Below are positions 13,049-24,267 of a DNA stretch of 64,000 nt, piece by piece. The DNA lies in the NCBI GenBank assembly GCA_043228905.1, contig JBHGNT010000010.1, positions 6,572,001 through 6,636,000 of the forward strand, written 5' to 3'. A model generated the notes under the pieces. That model searched no databases. It was not told the origin of the DNA and saw only the letters and a list, made by a program, of their open reading frames with translations. The stretch is from Azolla caroliniana. Its lineage: Eukaryota; Plantae; Polypodiophyta. The position numbers and the translations under genes are program-made. Position 1 is the stretch's first letter, and every line of letters starts with the position of its first letter.

Positions 13049-14870
13049 CTACCTCCGATTGGTTTTTGCTCCCGTCCGAGTTGGCTGTCTCCAACTCGTC
13101 TTCGGTCTTCTCGCCCTTGGTGGCGTCATCTTCCCCATGCGTGGTTGGCTTCGGCTGCTCCCCTTCTGTCCGCTTTCAGACTTTTCCGCAGTTTCGCCCT
13201 CAGCTTCTTTAGCCGATCCGAAGTCGAACTCGACAACCGAGTCAATAGCCGAGTCAACCGACTCGGTGTCGCGACCTCTGCTCCTTTCCTGCTGCTTTGC
13301 TTGGTCATTCGGGAGTAATCTCCCCCTCAAGTTTGGCACGTCGAGGTGACGCAATCCAAGCGCATCGGAGAATTGCCGCAACTTGTCAAGAACAAGGGGC
13401 TTAGTGAAGATGTCGGCAGTCTGCCGATCCGTCGGAACGTACTGAAGTTCGACTTCACCGGAAAGGACACGCTCACGGATGAAATGGTAGTGCACCTCGA
13501 TGTGCTTTGTCCATGCGTGGAAAACGGGGTTTTTCGCGAGCTGGATGCTGCTGAGGTTGTCGCAGTAGATCGTCGTCGGATCTGACACCTCCTCTTGCAG
13601 GTCCTTAAGTAGCCGCTTCAACCATATGGCTTTGCATGTCGTGACAACCGCTCCTCGGTACTCAGCTTCGGTGCTTGACAGTGCAACTGTCGGCTGCTTC
13701 TTACTGCTCCACGCGATCGCGGCACTCCCGAGGGAGAACGCCTATCCGGACGTGGATCGGCGGTCAGCGGCGTTGCCAGCCCAATCAGCATCGGTGTAGC
13801 CGACTAACTACGCGGCTGCACCGGTCCGATATAGCAGTCCCCGGTCCTTAGTGCCGTTGACATACTGAAGTATGCGTTGCGCACACTGAAGGTGCTCCTC
13901 GGTAGGTCGCGCCATGACTTGACTGATCACTCCGACTGGATAACTGAGGTCGGGTCGGGTGATGGTCAAGTATATGAGGCTTCCGACAATTTGTCGGAAC
14001 CTCGTCGGGTCGCATACCGTTCCCGTATCGGGACGAAGCTTGACGGTTCTGTCCAGAGGAGTCGAGACTGACTTACAGTCGGCCATCCCGAATTTGAAGA
14101 ACATACTCAGCACGTAGTGACGTTGGCTGATCAATATGCCTTCGGGGGTACGGATCACTTTGATCCCGAGGAAGTAATGAAGGTCCCCCAGATCCTTCAT
14201 GTCGAACGATGCCGCAAGCTGGAGCTTCACACGGTCGATTTCACGTAGGTCGGCGCCGGTGATGACCAAGTCATCAACATATAGTAAAATACTAACCGGT
14301 CCGAGTCGACCTTTCCAGATGAATAGGGAAGAGTCCGATTTTGACGTGACGAAGCCCATCCGACGCAGTTGTTGCGTGATCTTCGCGTTCCAAGCACGCA
14401 GGGCTTGCTTCAGTCTGTAAAGGGACTTCTTCAGTCGGCATACTGCCGAGGAGTTCGTTCCAGAATGAAATCCAGGGGGCTGTACCATGTACACCTGTTC
14501 CTCAAGGTCACTTTGCAGGAACGCATTCTTTACATCCATCTGATGTAAGTGCCACCCCTTCACCGCAGCTACTGCGAGCAAAACACGGACGGTCGTCATT
14601 TTCGCGACCGGCGCAAACGTCTCATCGTAGTCGATGCCGTGTTTCTACGCGTAGCCCTTTGCCACTAGCCGAGCCTTGTACCGGTTGACCGAGCCATCGG
14701 TGTTGTACTTGACCTTGTACACCCACCTACACCCGATCGGTTTTACCCCTCTTGGTGCGTCAACCAGATCCCAGGTCTCGTTCTCCGCCAATGCGTGCAT
14801 CTCTTCCTCCATCGCGGCACGTCAATTCGCGTCTTTAGCCGCTTTTGCATAGCTCTCCGGCTCACGCACT
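13049..14870 (-). pseudogene. Copia RT-RNase H of element D with C-terminal extension
   Basis: [16 protein letters not shown] and YCDNLSSI..KHIEVHYHF motifs; a few stops. Confidence 0.9.
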
Positions 14871-16292
14871 TCTGCATAGCCACAAGTCGATGTCCGACTC
14901 GGTTTTTCTTCCCTTCGTGAACATTGCGGTGCCGCCGTCAGTGGAGTCGAGGATGAACATCCTCCCGTCTCTGCGCCCTTGCGCAATCACACGACCTTCT
15001 TCCTCAATGAAGCACCCGGGGTGTGTAAACCGAACCTCCATCCCTTGGTCGACGATCTGTCCGACCGAGACCAAGTTCTTCGTGATTGTCGGAACGTGCA
15101 ACATGTTCATGAGTTTCCCTTTCTGCCCGACATGGCTAAGGGGAACTTCTCCGACATTCGCGATCAGATGCGGAGTGTCATCTCCAGTTGCGACTACTCC
15201 AGGTTGTATCGGTTTTTCAAGGTACGAGAACCACTCCTTATGGCTCCTCATGTGGTTTGACGCGCCGGAGTCTACGTACCACACCTCGTCCGATCTCGGG
15301 GTGATTCGTTTCATTGACTTTGCTTCGTGTTTCGTCATGAAGGCAGACCCTTCTCTGGCTCTCCCGGAGTCTTCGGCGTAGTGTGATTGCTGCCGATTTC
15401 CCTTGTCGGTATGTCCGGAGCCGTTTCCGGAACCGGTTCTCTCCGAATCGGCGCACTTCTTCCAGCACTCACTTTCCCTGTGGCCTTTCTTGCCACAGTA
15501 CCAGCACTCCGCGATGGCCTTCCCTTGCCGGTTCTCATCGCTTCGACTCCCCCTGTTTCCGGAGGGTCCAATGTTGCTGTCGGCATCACTTCGGTGCCTT
15601 CTTCCTTGATCTCGTCGGCCGCCTCCATTGCGCGCCGACTCGCCTCGTCCTCCACGTCCACGGGGCCTATCTCCCTCCGTGTACAACATTCTGCTATCGG
15701 TGTGCGTGCTTGTAGACGCACCCGCGTGGTTCTCCTCTACTAGGAGCATTGAATGTAAGTCGAAAAAGGACGACGTATTCTCCCGGGTACACACAGCCGT
15801 CCGGAACGCTCCGAACTTCGACGCCAAACCTCCGAGACAGATCTGGACCATCTCGCTCTCCTCGATGTTCACCTCTATGGAGGTGAGGGAGTCGCAGATA
15901 TCCTTGATCTTCGAGGTATAGTCCGCCACCGACAAGTCGCGTTGTCGTAGGTTGCTCAACTCCTGTCGGAGCTGAAGCTTCCTGGCTGTAGTGCTCACGG
16001 CGAAGATCTTGTTCAGATTTTCCCACGCACCCTTCGGCGTCTTTGCATCCTGAACATAGCTCAATAGCAGTTCGCCCACACACGACGCGAAGCAGTATAA
16101 TACCCTGCTCACCGATTGCTCCCACGATGGAAAGTCTGTGTGTGTCGATTTGGGTGCCGCGTCATTAGCTCCTTCGACATAACTCCAGTAGCCGTGCCCG
16201 AGCATGTACTGGTGCATCTTGTAAGACCAAGACGCGTAGTTGGTTCTGTCGAGCTTCTCTGTTGGAAGCGAGCTCGCCATGCCTCTATCCAT
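14862..16292 (-). CDS. Copia gag-protease ORF of element D (476 aa, open up to the deletion)
   Basis: UBN2-type gag, CWYCGKKGHRESEC zinc knuckle and WYVDSGAS protease motif. Confidence 0.85.
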   Translation of the reverse strand: MDRGMASSLPTEKLDRTNYASWSYKMHQYMLGHGYWSYVEGANDAAPKSTHTDFPSWEQSVSRVLYCFASCVGELLLSYVQDAKTPKGAWENLNKIFAVSTTARKLQLRQELSNLRQRDLSVADYTSKIKDICDSLTSIEVNIEESEMVQICLGGLASKFGAFRTAVCTRENTSSFFDLHSMLLVEENHAGASTSTHTDSRMLYTEGDRPRGRGGRGESARNGGGRRDQGRRHRSDADSNIGPSGNRGSRSDENRQGKAIAECWYCGKKGHRESECWKKCADSERTGSGNGSGHTDKGNRQQSHYAEDSGRAREGSAFMTKHEAKSMKRITPRSDEVWYVDSGASNHMRSHKEWFSYLEKPIQPGVVATGDDTPHLIANVGEVPLSHVGQKGKLMNMLHVPTITKNLVSVGQIVDQGMEVRFTHPGCFIEEEGRVIAQGRRDGRMFILDSTDGGTAMFTKGRKTESDIDLWLCRSA

Positions 16293-16364
16293 CGTTCTTC
16301 TTGTTCTTCTTCGTCAAGTTGTGTCGGCTGTAGAGAGGTTCTCAACCCTCGCGCTCTGATACGA

Positions 16365-16766
16365 TGTAAAAAGTAACGTGCGGAAGCAAGTATGAAGACC
16401 GAACAGAAGGAAGAAAACTCAGGTTTAATGGAGAGCTTGAGCTTACGCAGTATACGCGGGAGAGACAGAGAGAGTGAGAGAGAGAAAACACAAGAACTAT
16501 ATTCAACAAAAACCTCAATTCACTACTCTATACATATGTGTGTTCCATGAACACTTTTATACAAGTCCTCGAAGGACTGACCGAAGTACTGACCGTACTT
16601 TAATGCTCTTTAAGAGCTTCTACACTAACTCCCAAATATATTCCTCACGGAATATCTTTCCTAACGGCCTCCCGGTTTACGCAGTCGGCCTAACCGATCG
16701 ATCCCAACCGATCCGATCTTCGGCTTCTTCAGCCGATCCGGCCGATGTTGAGCTTGTCTCTCAACA
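16365..16766 (-). repeat. 5' LTR of element D
   Basis: Direct repeat of 12390-12791. Confidence 0.95.
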
Positions 16767-16771
16767 AGAAC

Positions 16772-17314
16772 TATGGAAGATCGGATGTATCCGAAGATGC
16801 GGAGGAAGATCAAGGCGGAACGTGACATCATTAACCTTACCGGTAATACAGAAAGGACTGAGTCGGCGATAATCCAACTTGTAGCACGGTCGAGTAGTCT
16901 TGATGTGACGACGTAAGAAGCATACTTGATCTCTGATGGAAAAAGAAGAGGGAACCCGATGACGATCTGCGTAAGTTTGTTGCGAACAAATTTGGAGTCG
17001 ATGATGGCCGCAACTTCATACTCTGGGCCGGTGTCTAACTCAAGCGGGGGCGGCGGTGGTGTAACACGATTGGGAAGAATGTTTGCTTTATAAGGTTCAA
17101 GAAGAGAGCTATGGAAGATCGGATGTATCCGAAGATGCGGAGGAAGATCAAGGCGGAACGTGACATCATTAACCTTACCGGTAATACGGAAAGGACCGAG
17201 TCGACGATAATCCAACTTGTCGCACGGTCGAGTAGTCTTGATGTGACGACGTAAGAGCCATACTTGATCTTTGATGGCAAAAGAAGAGGGAAGCCGATGA
17301 CAATGTGCGTAAGT
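16772..17314. repeat. 338-bp tandem duplication of the integrase GPY/F-chromodomain region of C (one copy split by D)
   Basis: TATGGAAGATCGG at 16772 and 17110; 16973-17109 matches 12253-12389. Confidence 0.9.
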
Positions 17315-17461
17315 CTTCTGTGTCTGTTCAGCATGATGAAGATGAGTAGAGAGATCCATCTGGATCTTGCGTAGTCTTTCCAAATGATCCTCGGCACGAG
17401 GATTGGTAGGTAGCTTCGGGGTGTCGATCATTGACTAGTGAGGATGAGAACCGGTATAAGC

Positions 17462-19855
17462 CTAGAATGGGGAGACTCGAATTGAGGAGTGAACAACATT
17501 ATTATATGCAAACTCCGCAAAGTGGAGAATCTCGGCCCAATCATCCTGTTGATAACTCAGGAAACACCGGAGATATTGCTCCAACGTTTGGTTTGTTCGT
17601 TCCGCTTGCCCATCGGTCTGAGGAGGGTAGCCAGAGGAGAGGTTGCAAGAGACCTTGAGCATCTTGAAGATATGTTGCCAAAATTTGGAGACAAATTGCG
17701 GTCCTTGGTCACTGATGATACTGTCTGGGAGGCCATGATGCCGAAATACCTCATGCATGACAAGGGCGGCGGTTTCCTCGCTAGTGATGGCCTTAGTACA
17801 CGGCACAAAATGTGCCATCTTCGTATATTGATCGACGAAGGTTAAGATAGCATCAAACCCCTTCGAGACCGGTAGATTTGTGATAAAATCAAGACAAATA
17901 GACTGCCACGGCTTACTTGGAATCGGTAAGGGTTCCAACAAACCATATGGATGGTGTTGTGGCATCTTTGCTCGGCAGCAAGCATCACAGGTCCAAACGT
18001 AGTCGTCGACAAAACGTCGCATATGGGGCCACCAAAAGGATCGTTGAACTAGATCCAACGTCTTAGTGCTATCGAAATGTCCCGCCATATGGGTGTAGTG
18101 ACAACTTTGGACGATTGGAAGACGACATGAGCAATCGGGGACATATACAAGGTTTTTAAAGAATAATAAACCATCATGATATTCGAATTGTCGGTAGTCC
18201 ATACCTAGTTGCTGAGACTGGGAACAAGATGCCCAAGAGGTATCAATGTGCGCTAGAATGTCTTGAGCAAAACTGTCTGTCTTCAAGTTCGCACGTATGG
18301 CATCGGTATTTCGGGAATCCATTGGGGTGTGAAAAATCCGCGTTGTGTGCAATTGTGTTGGTCCCAAGATTACTTGCTTTTGATTATCAAATGCTGGATC
18401 ACCAGGACGAGGTGCAAGATATGAACGCTGTGATAGCACATCTGCTTTTCCTTGCTGCTTCCCCGATCGATATGTGATTTTGAAGTCGAAACGCGTGAGG
18501 AATTGAGCCCACCGAGCTTGCCATCGATTTAGCACCTGAGCGTTCTGGAAATAAGCAAGGTTTTTGTGACCACTAAAGACAATGACTTGATGTGGAGAGC
18601 CCTCTAAGAAATGCCGCCATTGCACAAAGGAATCCACGGTGGCTAATAACTCCTTGTCATGTATTTCGTAGTTGATTTCCGTGGCATCGAATTTGCGCGA
18701 ATGGAAAGCTACAAGATGTAACTCTTCTTTATCTCCTTGTTGAGAAAGGATGCTACCGAGGGCGAAATCCGATGCGTCGGCCTCCATGATGAATGGTTTC
18801 TTTGTATCCACATGTGCTAGAATAGGAGCTGATGTAAAGGCTTTCTTAAGAAGCCGAAAAGCCATGTCCGCTTCATTGGACCAAAGAAATGCTTGTCCCT
18901 TCTTCGTAAGTTGTGTGAGAGGTAAAATAATCTTCGAGTAATCCTGTATAAACTTGTGATAGAAGTGAGCAAAACGTAGAAAACATCGTACATCTCGTAC
19001 CGATCGTGGAACTTGCCACTCTAACACAGTTTGGACTTTAGCTGGATCCATGGAGATGCCCTTTGAGGAGATGACGTAGCCTAAAAATTCCACTTGCTTG
19101 CAGTCAAAGCTACATTTTTTTAGCTTGGCATAAAGACCATTCTTGCGGAGTCGTTTTAGTACGAATAGTACATGAGAATCGTGCTCTTCCTGGGAATTCG
19201 AATAAATCAAGAGATCATCCAGATAGATGATCAAACAGATATCCAAGAGGTCTTTGAATATATCATTTTCCATGTGTTGGAAGATTGCGGGTGCATTGGT
19301 TAGACCGAACGGCATAACAGTATATTTGAAATGCCCATACCGCATGCGAAAGGCAGTCTTCCATTCATCTCCCGGTCGTATCCGCACGAGGTTATACGCT
19401 CCTCGTAGATCGATTTTTGTAAAGAACTTGGCACCATTAACTCTCTCTAAAAGACTTGATATAAGAGGAAGTGCATACCTATTCTTGATGGTGACTTTAT
19501 TTAAGCCGCGGTAATCATCGACGAGATGAAGTGAGCCATCTTTCTTCTTGACAAAGAAGATGGGTGCACCGGCCGGAGATTTCGAATGACGAATAAACCC
19601 GCTTGCCAAGTTCTCCTCTATGTAGGCTTGAAGGACTTCTAACTCGGTGGGGGACAAGTTGTAAATGGGTCCCCATGGTGGCTCTGCTCCCGGTTGTAGT
19701 ACAATGGGACAATCATAGGGACGATGATGAGGAAGAGTACCGGCTTTTACCTTGTCAAATACATCGGCATAAGGATGATATTTTTCCGGAAGTTGTACTA
19801 AGGATTCCTCCTTAATAGGGTTGGAAGGATGTACTGATATTGCAAATAGGAACAT
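17462..19855 (-). pseudogene. Chromovirus pol (RT-RNase H-integrase), 797-aa open segment
   Basis: KIDLRGAYN, MPFGLTNAP, IYLDD, EADASDFALG, HHCC-like, LDF and ISDQG motifs. Confidence 0.95.
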
Positions 19856-20307
19856 TGCCTCCTTGTGTCCTTCTTTGCGTAATTGACGTAGTGAAATGGT
19901 CGAAACTCGATGAGTAGATTCTTGGGGTTGTCGATGTCAGACTTCTCTTGTTCTCCAATCTATGTCTGGATTATGTAATTCAAACCAAGGTAATCCCAGG
20001 ACAATGGGATGCTCTGGACTACTAATTATATTAAATGCTACTACACACACAAAACTACCTAGGACAACTCGAATGGGTTCTGACTCTTCTACAATATTCC
20101 CGGAAGAAATGGAACGACCACCAATGACTACTATAGATGCGGGGCAAGGAAGTTTTCTTAAGGATATCTGAGAAGCTTGGGCAAAATTTCGATCCATGAA
20201 ATAGGAATTAGCTCCGGAATCTAGAAGTGCTAGGACATGTACTGGGGAGTACTTTTAGTACTAACTATGACTTGGGCTAGGAACACATTGCTAACTTGCT
20301 TGGAGGG

Positions 20308-20388
20308 AATGGAACCACTAATGGGCTGTACAGATCTAGGGCTATCCAACCAAACGGCTCCTATTTTGGCTAGACTCAATCGTTTAAC
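20308..20388 (-). promoter_or_regulatory. Predicted -1 ribosomal frameshift signal (G_TTA_AAC plus pseudoknot) of element C
   Basis: Gag ends GAG TTA AAC GAT TGA; the -1 frame leads towards the protease; stems are conserved in the copy at 59076-59162. Confidence 0.7.
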
Positions 20389-21533
20389 TCTTCATCTAAT
20401 TGACTAAGGATTTCAAATTTGTTTGAGATACTTGGGCTATTAGTACTATTAATACTACCAAACACTCTATTAGTACTATTAATACTATCAGACACTCCTA
20501 AGGGAAGAATTGACTCGGGTTTAGTACAGGCTACGATTTGATTTACCTATCTTCTGGGCCTATGGGGACAATTGATTGCGATATTCCCTGGTCCACCGCA
20601 ATAAAGAAATAATCGATTTGCACGTCGTCGTTGCTTTTCTTCTTCTGATAATGGGTCATGTTGACGCATGGTATTGATCTCCATCGGTGTCGGAGTATTT
20701 GCTTGAGGTATGTCTCGTGCAAACGGTTTGGCCGCGACTGAGATGTAAGTGGGCTCCGGCCTAGAGCGTGGTATCTGTAATTGACGTTCTGAATGCCGTT
20801 CGAAAAGGCGGTTGTCACATCGGACCGCTCGACTGATTGCTTCCGTAAGAGACTTTGGTTCTTCGGGGAATGTTAGAAGTAGATCTTTGACATCGTTTCG
20901 TAGGCTGTAGTGAAACTGCTCCATTAGTGCTTGATCATCCCAGGGGATATCTGAAGTGAGTAGACGGAAATCCGCCGTGTAGGCAGAGGCTGGACAATCG
21001 CCTTGACGCAATCGTCGGATCTTGTTGATCACCGTCCTGATGCTGTTGGTGTCTCCAAAGCAGGCTTTAAACTCACTAATAAAATCTTCAAAGTTATTAA
21101 GCAAGGGTGATTGTTTTTCTAGAATCGGAGCGAACCATGCTAAAGCTGAGCCGCTAAGCAACATGCCTATTAGGCTGACTCAGGACGCATCAGTGAGGTA
21201 TCGGGAAGGATGCATTTGGATGACTAATCGTACATGATTAAGGAATCCCCGGAATTGCGATCGCATTCCATCAAATTTCACAAGAAGTCCAATCTTCGGA
21301 TCTTTATGAAATCCTTGGGGACTTGATCCTTGTTGTTGCAATGCTGCTTCGAGTTGTTGTACCCGTAACGCTAACTCCCCATGCTGTTGCTGCGTTTGTT
21401 GTTTTTCTAAGGCGATTTGTTGCAGATCCCCTATCAGCCGTTGGTTTTCTTGTTCGAAGGCAACAAATTTTTCTTTTAGGCATTGTAGCTCGGAGAAAAC
21501 AGATTGATATTCTTGGGCGCTAATAGTAGCCAT
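20376..21533 (-). pseudogene. Chromovirus gag of element C
   Basis: Coiled-coil N-terminus, KFDG..FRGF, LLSGSALAW and LYCGGPGNIAINC knuckle; internal stops. Confidence 0.85.
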
Positions 21534-21586
21534 AGTATAGGGAAAAGGGTAGGACGATGGGGGAGAACGACAAGTAGGCTTGAGGA

Positions 21587-21599
21587 CAAATTGGTTCAA
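21587..21599 (-). promoter_or_regulatory. Non-tRNA (self-priming type) primer-binding site of element C
   Basis: TTGAACCAATTTG 2 nt after the 5' LTR, complementary to LTR 21852-21864; no TGG start. Confidence 0.75.
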
Positions 21600-21601
21600 A
21601 C

Positions 21602-21688
21602 TGTCAGGAATAGTACTAAAGCAGAGATAATTAGTACTAAAGAAGGGAATTACTATTAGTACTAAGAGGACGGGACTGCGTAAGACTC

Positions 21689-21750
<62 letters not shown>

Positions 21751-22080
21751 AAAAGAGAGATAGCGAGGATGGGAGAGAGAGAGATGATGATAACAGCTAA
21801 TATATTATGTGAAGGATAAGTACAAAGTGGCTAAGAGGCTTAAGACTAGCATTGAACCAATTTGGTTCAACATAATGCCTAGTGCCTTCTTTTATAGTGT
21901 TCTCAGGAGTAATCCTGAAGCTTTTAGAATGTTCCAGGGAAATCTAGAATATACATTAATTTCCTATAATAAAACTTAAATGAAAATAATATCCTATGTA
22001 TTACAATAGATGGTATAATGGTCAAGAGCTCGACCCATATAACATAAGGTCATGGGTTCGAGTTTTGCAATCTCATGACA
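21602..22080 (-). repeat. 5' LTR of element C
   Basis: TG..CA ends; TATAAAA on minus at 21890-21896; (GA)n tract. Confidence 0.95.
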
Positions 22081-24267
22081 CTAAAAGCAGTGTTATTAAT
22101 GAGTAGTCTCCCCCCTTCATGGGAAACTTTCGTCACAATTGTGTGCAATGCGTCGACTGTTGTAGTAAAGTACTCCGAAGTCACAAGCTCAATCTTGACT
22201 ATATTAGGAAATAGGTCTCTCCGGATGGGAAGGAGAGCATGAGCCGAACTAGAGTCTACGGAACCGATAAGATGAAGTGAGCAGATCAGTTGGATTCGAT
22301 GAGTAAGCGAGACTAGATCTAGATCCAGATAGGCATCCGAAAAAGGTTATATTTGTAAATAACCCTAATGTTGTATTAGTATAAATACAACTAGGGCATG
22401 TATCATTTTGTGTGTAGACAAAGCAGTTATTGGTTTTGTAATTGACTAGAGAGAGAGAGAGAGAGAGAGATGTTTTGTACTCTATTGTAATTGTTTGTTA
22501 GACGAAGATGAGCTCGAGGTTGTTGCCTGTGAGTCCCCTTGTACTTTCCCATACATAGTGTAATAGTTCAGAGTTTGTGGACTCCCGTGGTTTTTTCCCA
22601 TTCAGGGTTTTTCCACGTTAAATCTTGTGTCTCTTTATTTCTGTTTTGTTGTCTTGATCTTTGCATCCTTCATTTGCACAAGTAAACTGGTTGTGTCCGA
22701 CTGCATATCCTATCAAACTGGTATCAGAGCGATGGATGAACATTTTAGTGGAATGTTCAAGTTAACCGGCTTCAATTACTCATGTGGAAGTCGAAGATGC
22801 AGGATATGCTCATGTGCAAAGACTTATGGTTGCCAATGCAATACATCATGGATATGAAGGCAACGACATACATAAGGTGTTTTATAGAAATGAGTCTATA
22901 CAACAACCTCAACAAAGAGACAGATGCTGACGTCCTTTGGAAGAAGATCAACATAATGTTCGAGAACAAAAATGTTGTCAACAGAGTCTCAATGTTTTGA
23001 AAGATTGTGAGACTCTGGTATCAACATGAATCCAGCATGGCGGAGCACTTGAATGCCTTCCAAGGACTGATAAACCAAACCACCTCTCTAGAAGTACCTC
23101 TTGTCGACGAGGTATTGGCACTATTGCTGCGAGGATCCCTTCCGAATAGTTGGGAGATGCTCGTTGTCACTTTGGGCAAGACCAGACCGGAAGGGAAAAA
23201 TCGATCCCTACAGACAGTGAAGTCAAGCTTGTTAAATGAGGAAGCTCGCCGGAAGGACATAGAGTCCATTTCTGACCCGAAGGCCTTAGTCACAAAAGGT
23301 GACATGAACAAAGGAAATGGCCGAAACAGAAGTTCCTAGAACCGAGAGAAGTCAGGGACGAGGTTGAAGTCAAGAGAAGGCCCACACACTTTTGTTGTGG
23401 GAAGCCGTGGCACTTCTAAAAGAATTTCCGGCACTTCTGGAAAGAGAAAGGGAGAGTTGATGGTGTAGAGCCGAAGAAGATTCCAGACAGAAAAGGCACC
23501 TTAGTGATTGCGACAAGTGAGGAGCTGTTGCTAATTAGCGAGCAAAACGAGGTGAGCCTTGTTAGCAACGAAATGGCATGGGTGGTCGATTCTGGAGCAT
23601 CGTTTCACTTGACCCTCGATCAGAAATACTTCTCATCATACAGATTCAGAGATCATGGTTTGGCAAAGATGGGAAACGAAGGAGCATGTCGAATCATCAA
23701 CAAAGGAGACGTGTGTTTGATGAAATCAACCGGGTGCAAATTGGTGTTGAAAGATGTGCGACACGTCCCAGAGTCGGATTGAATCTGATCTCAGCCGGTT
23801 GGCTAGACGATGAAGGCTACACAGGTAGCATCTGGAACGGCACACTAAAGTTCTGCAAGGGAAACCTGATCGTGGCCTGAGCCTGAAAGACAAACACACT
23901 GTATTTGATGCATGCTCAAGTATGCTGAGAAGAAGTAAATTTGGCAGCCGATACAAGCGGTGAATTGTGGCATAAGAGGCTATGCCACATGAGTGAGAAG
24001 GGGATGCAGAAGCTTGCCAAGGAAAATCTCATACCGGAGATAAAGAATGTGCAACTTGAGAAGTGCATTGATTGCTTGGCCAACAAGCTAAACAAAACCT
24101 CTTTCCGATCAAGAACCCCGATGAGAAAGAAAGCACTGTTAGAACTTGTGCATACGGATGTATGCTACGTGGACACTAAGTCACATGCTGGTTCACAATA
24201 TTTTGTGACCTTCATAGATGACTATAGTTGGAAGTTTTGGGCTTCCGTTCTGAAGACGAAGGACCAG

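Larger units (their letters stand above)
12390..16766 (-). mobile_element. Ty1/copia element D with the integrase deleted
   Basis: 402-bp LTRs 12390-12791 and 16365-16766 (about 9 substitutions by eye). Perfect TSD AGAAC. Near-iMet PBS 16353-16364. PPT 12792-12802. Confidence 0.95.
11644..22080 (-). mobile_element. Ty3/gypsy chromovirus element C (Tcn1/Tf1-like), full length; interrupted by element D
   Basis: LTRs 11644-12080 and 21602-22080. Perfect TSD CTAAA. PPT AAGGGGGAGATAG at 12081-12093 (minus). Gag, PR (ALLDSGANS), RT (IYLDD), RNase H, IN and chromodomain in gypsy order. Confidence 0.95.
10521..22201 (+). mobile_element. Copia fragment K (leader plus gag), host of elements C and E
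   Basis: Gag NFNFWEEQMQDYL...EDEL at ~11250-11643 resumes as KAVLLMSSLPPSWETFV at 22086-22200 after removing C and one TSD copy. Confidence 0.75.

Noticed and set aside
12565-16872. Many overlapping plus-strand ORFs across D, and similar ones across I
   Set aside because: Antisense shadows of GC-rich retroelement coding sequence or LTR sequence; no recognisable motifs.
20437-20497. Short tandem repeat CTATTAGTACTATTAATACTA in gag of C
   Set aside because: Local slippage duplication in a low-complexity gag tail.
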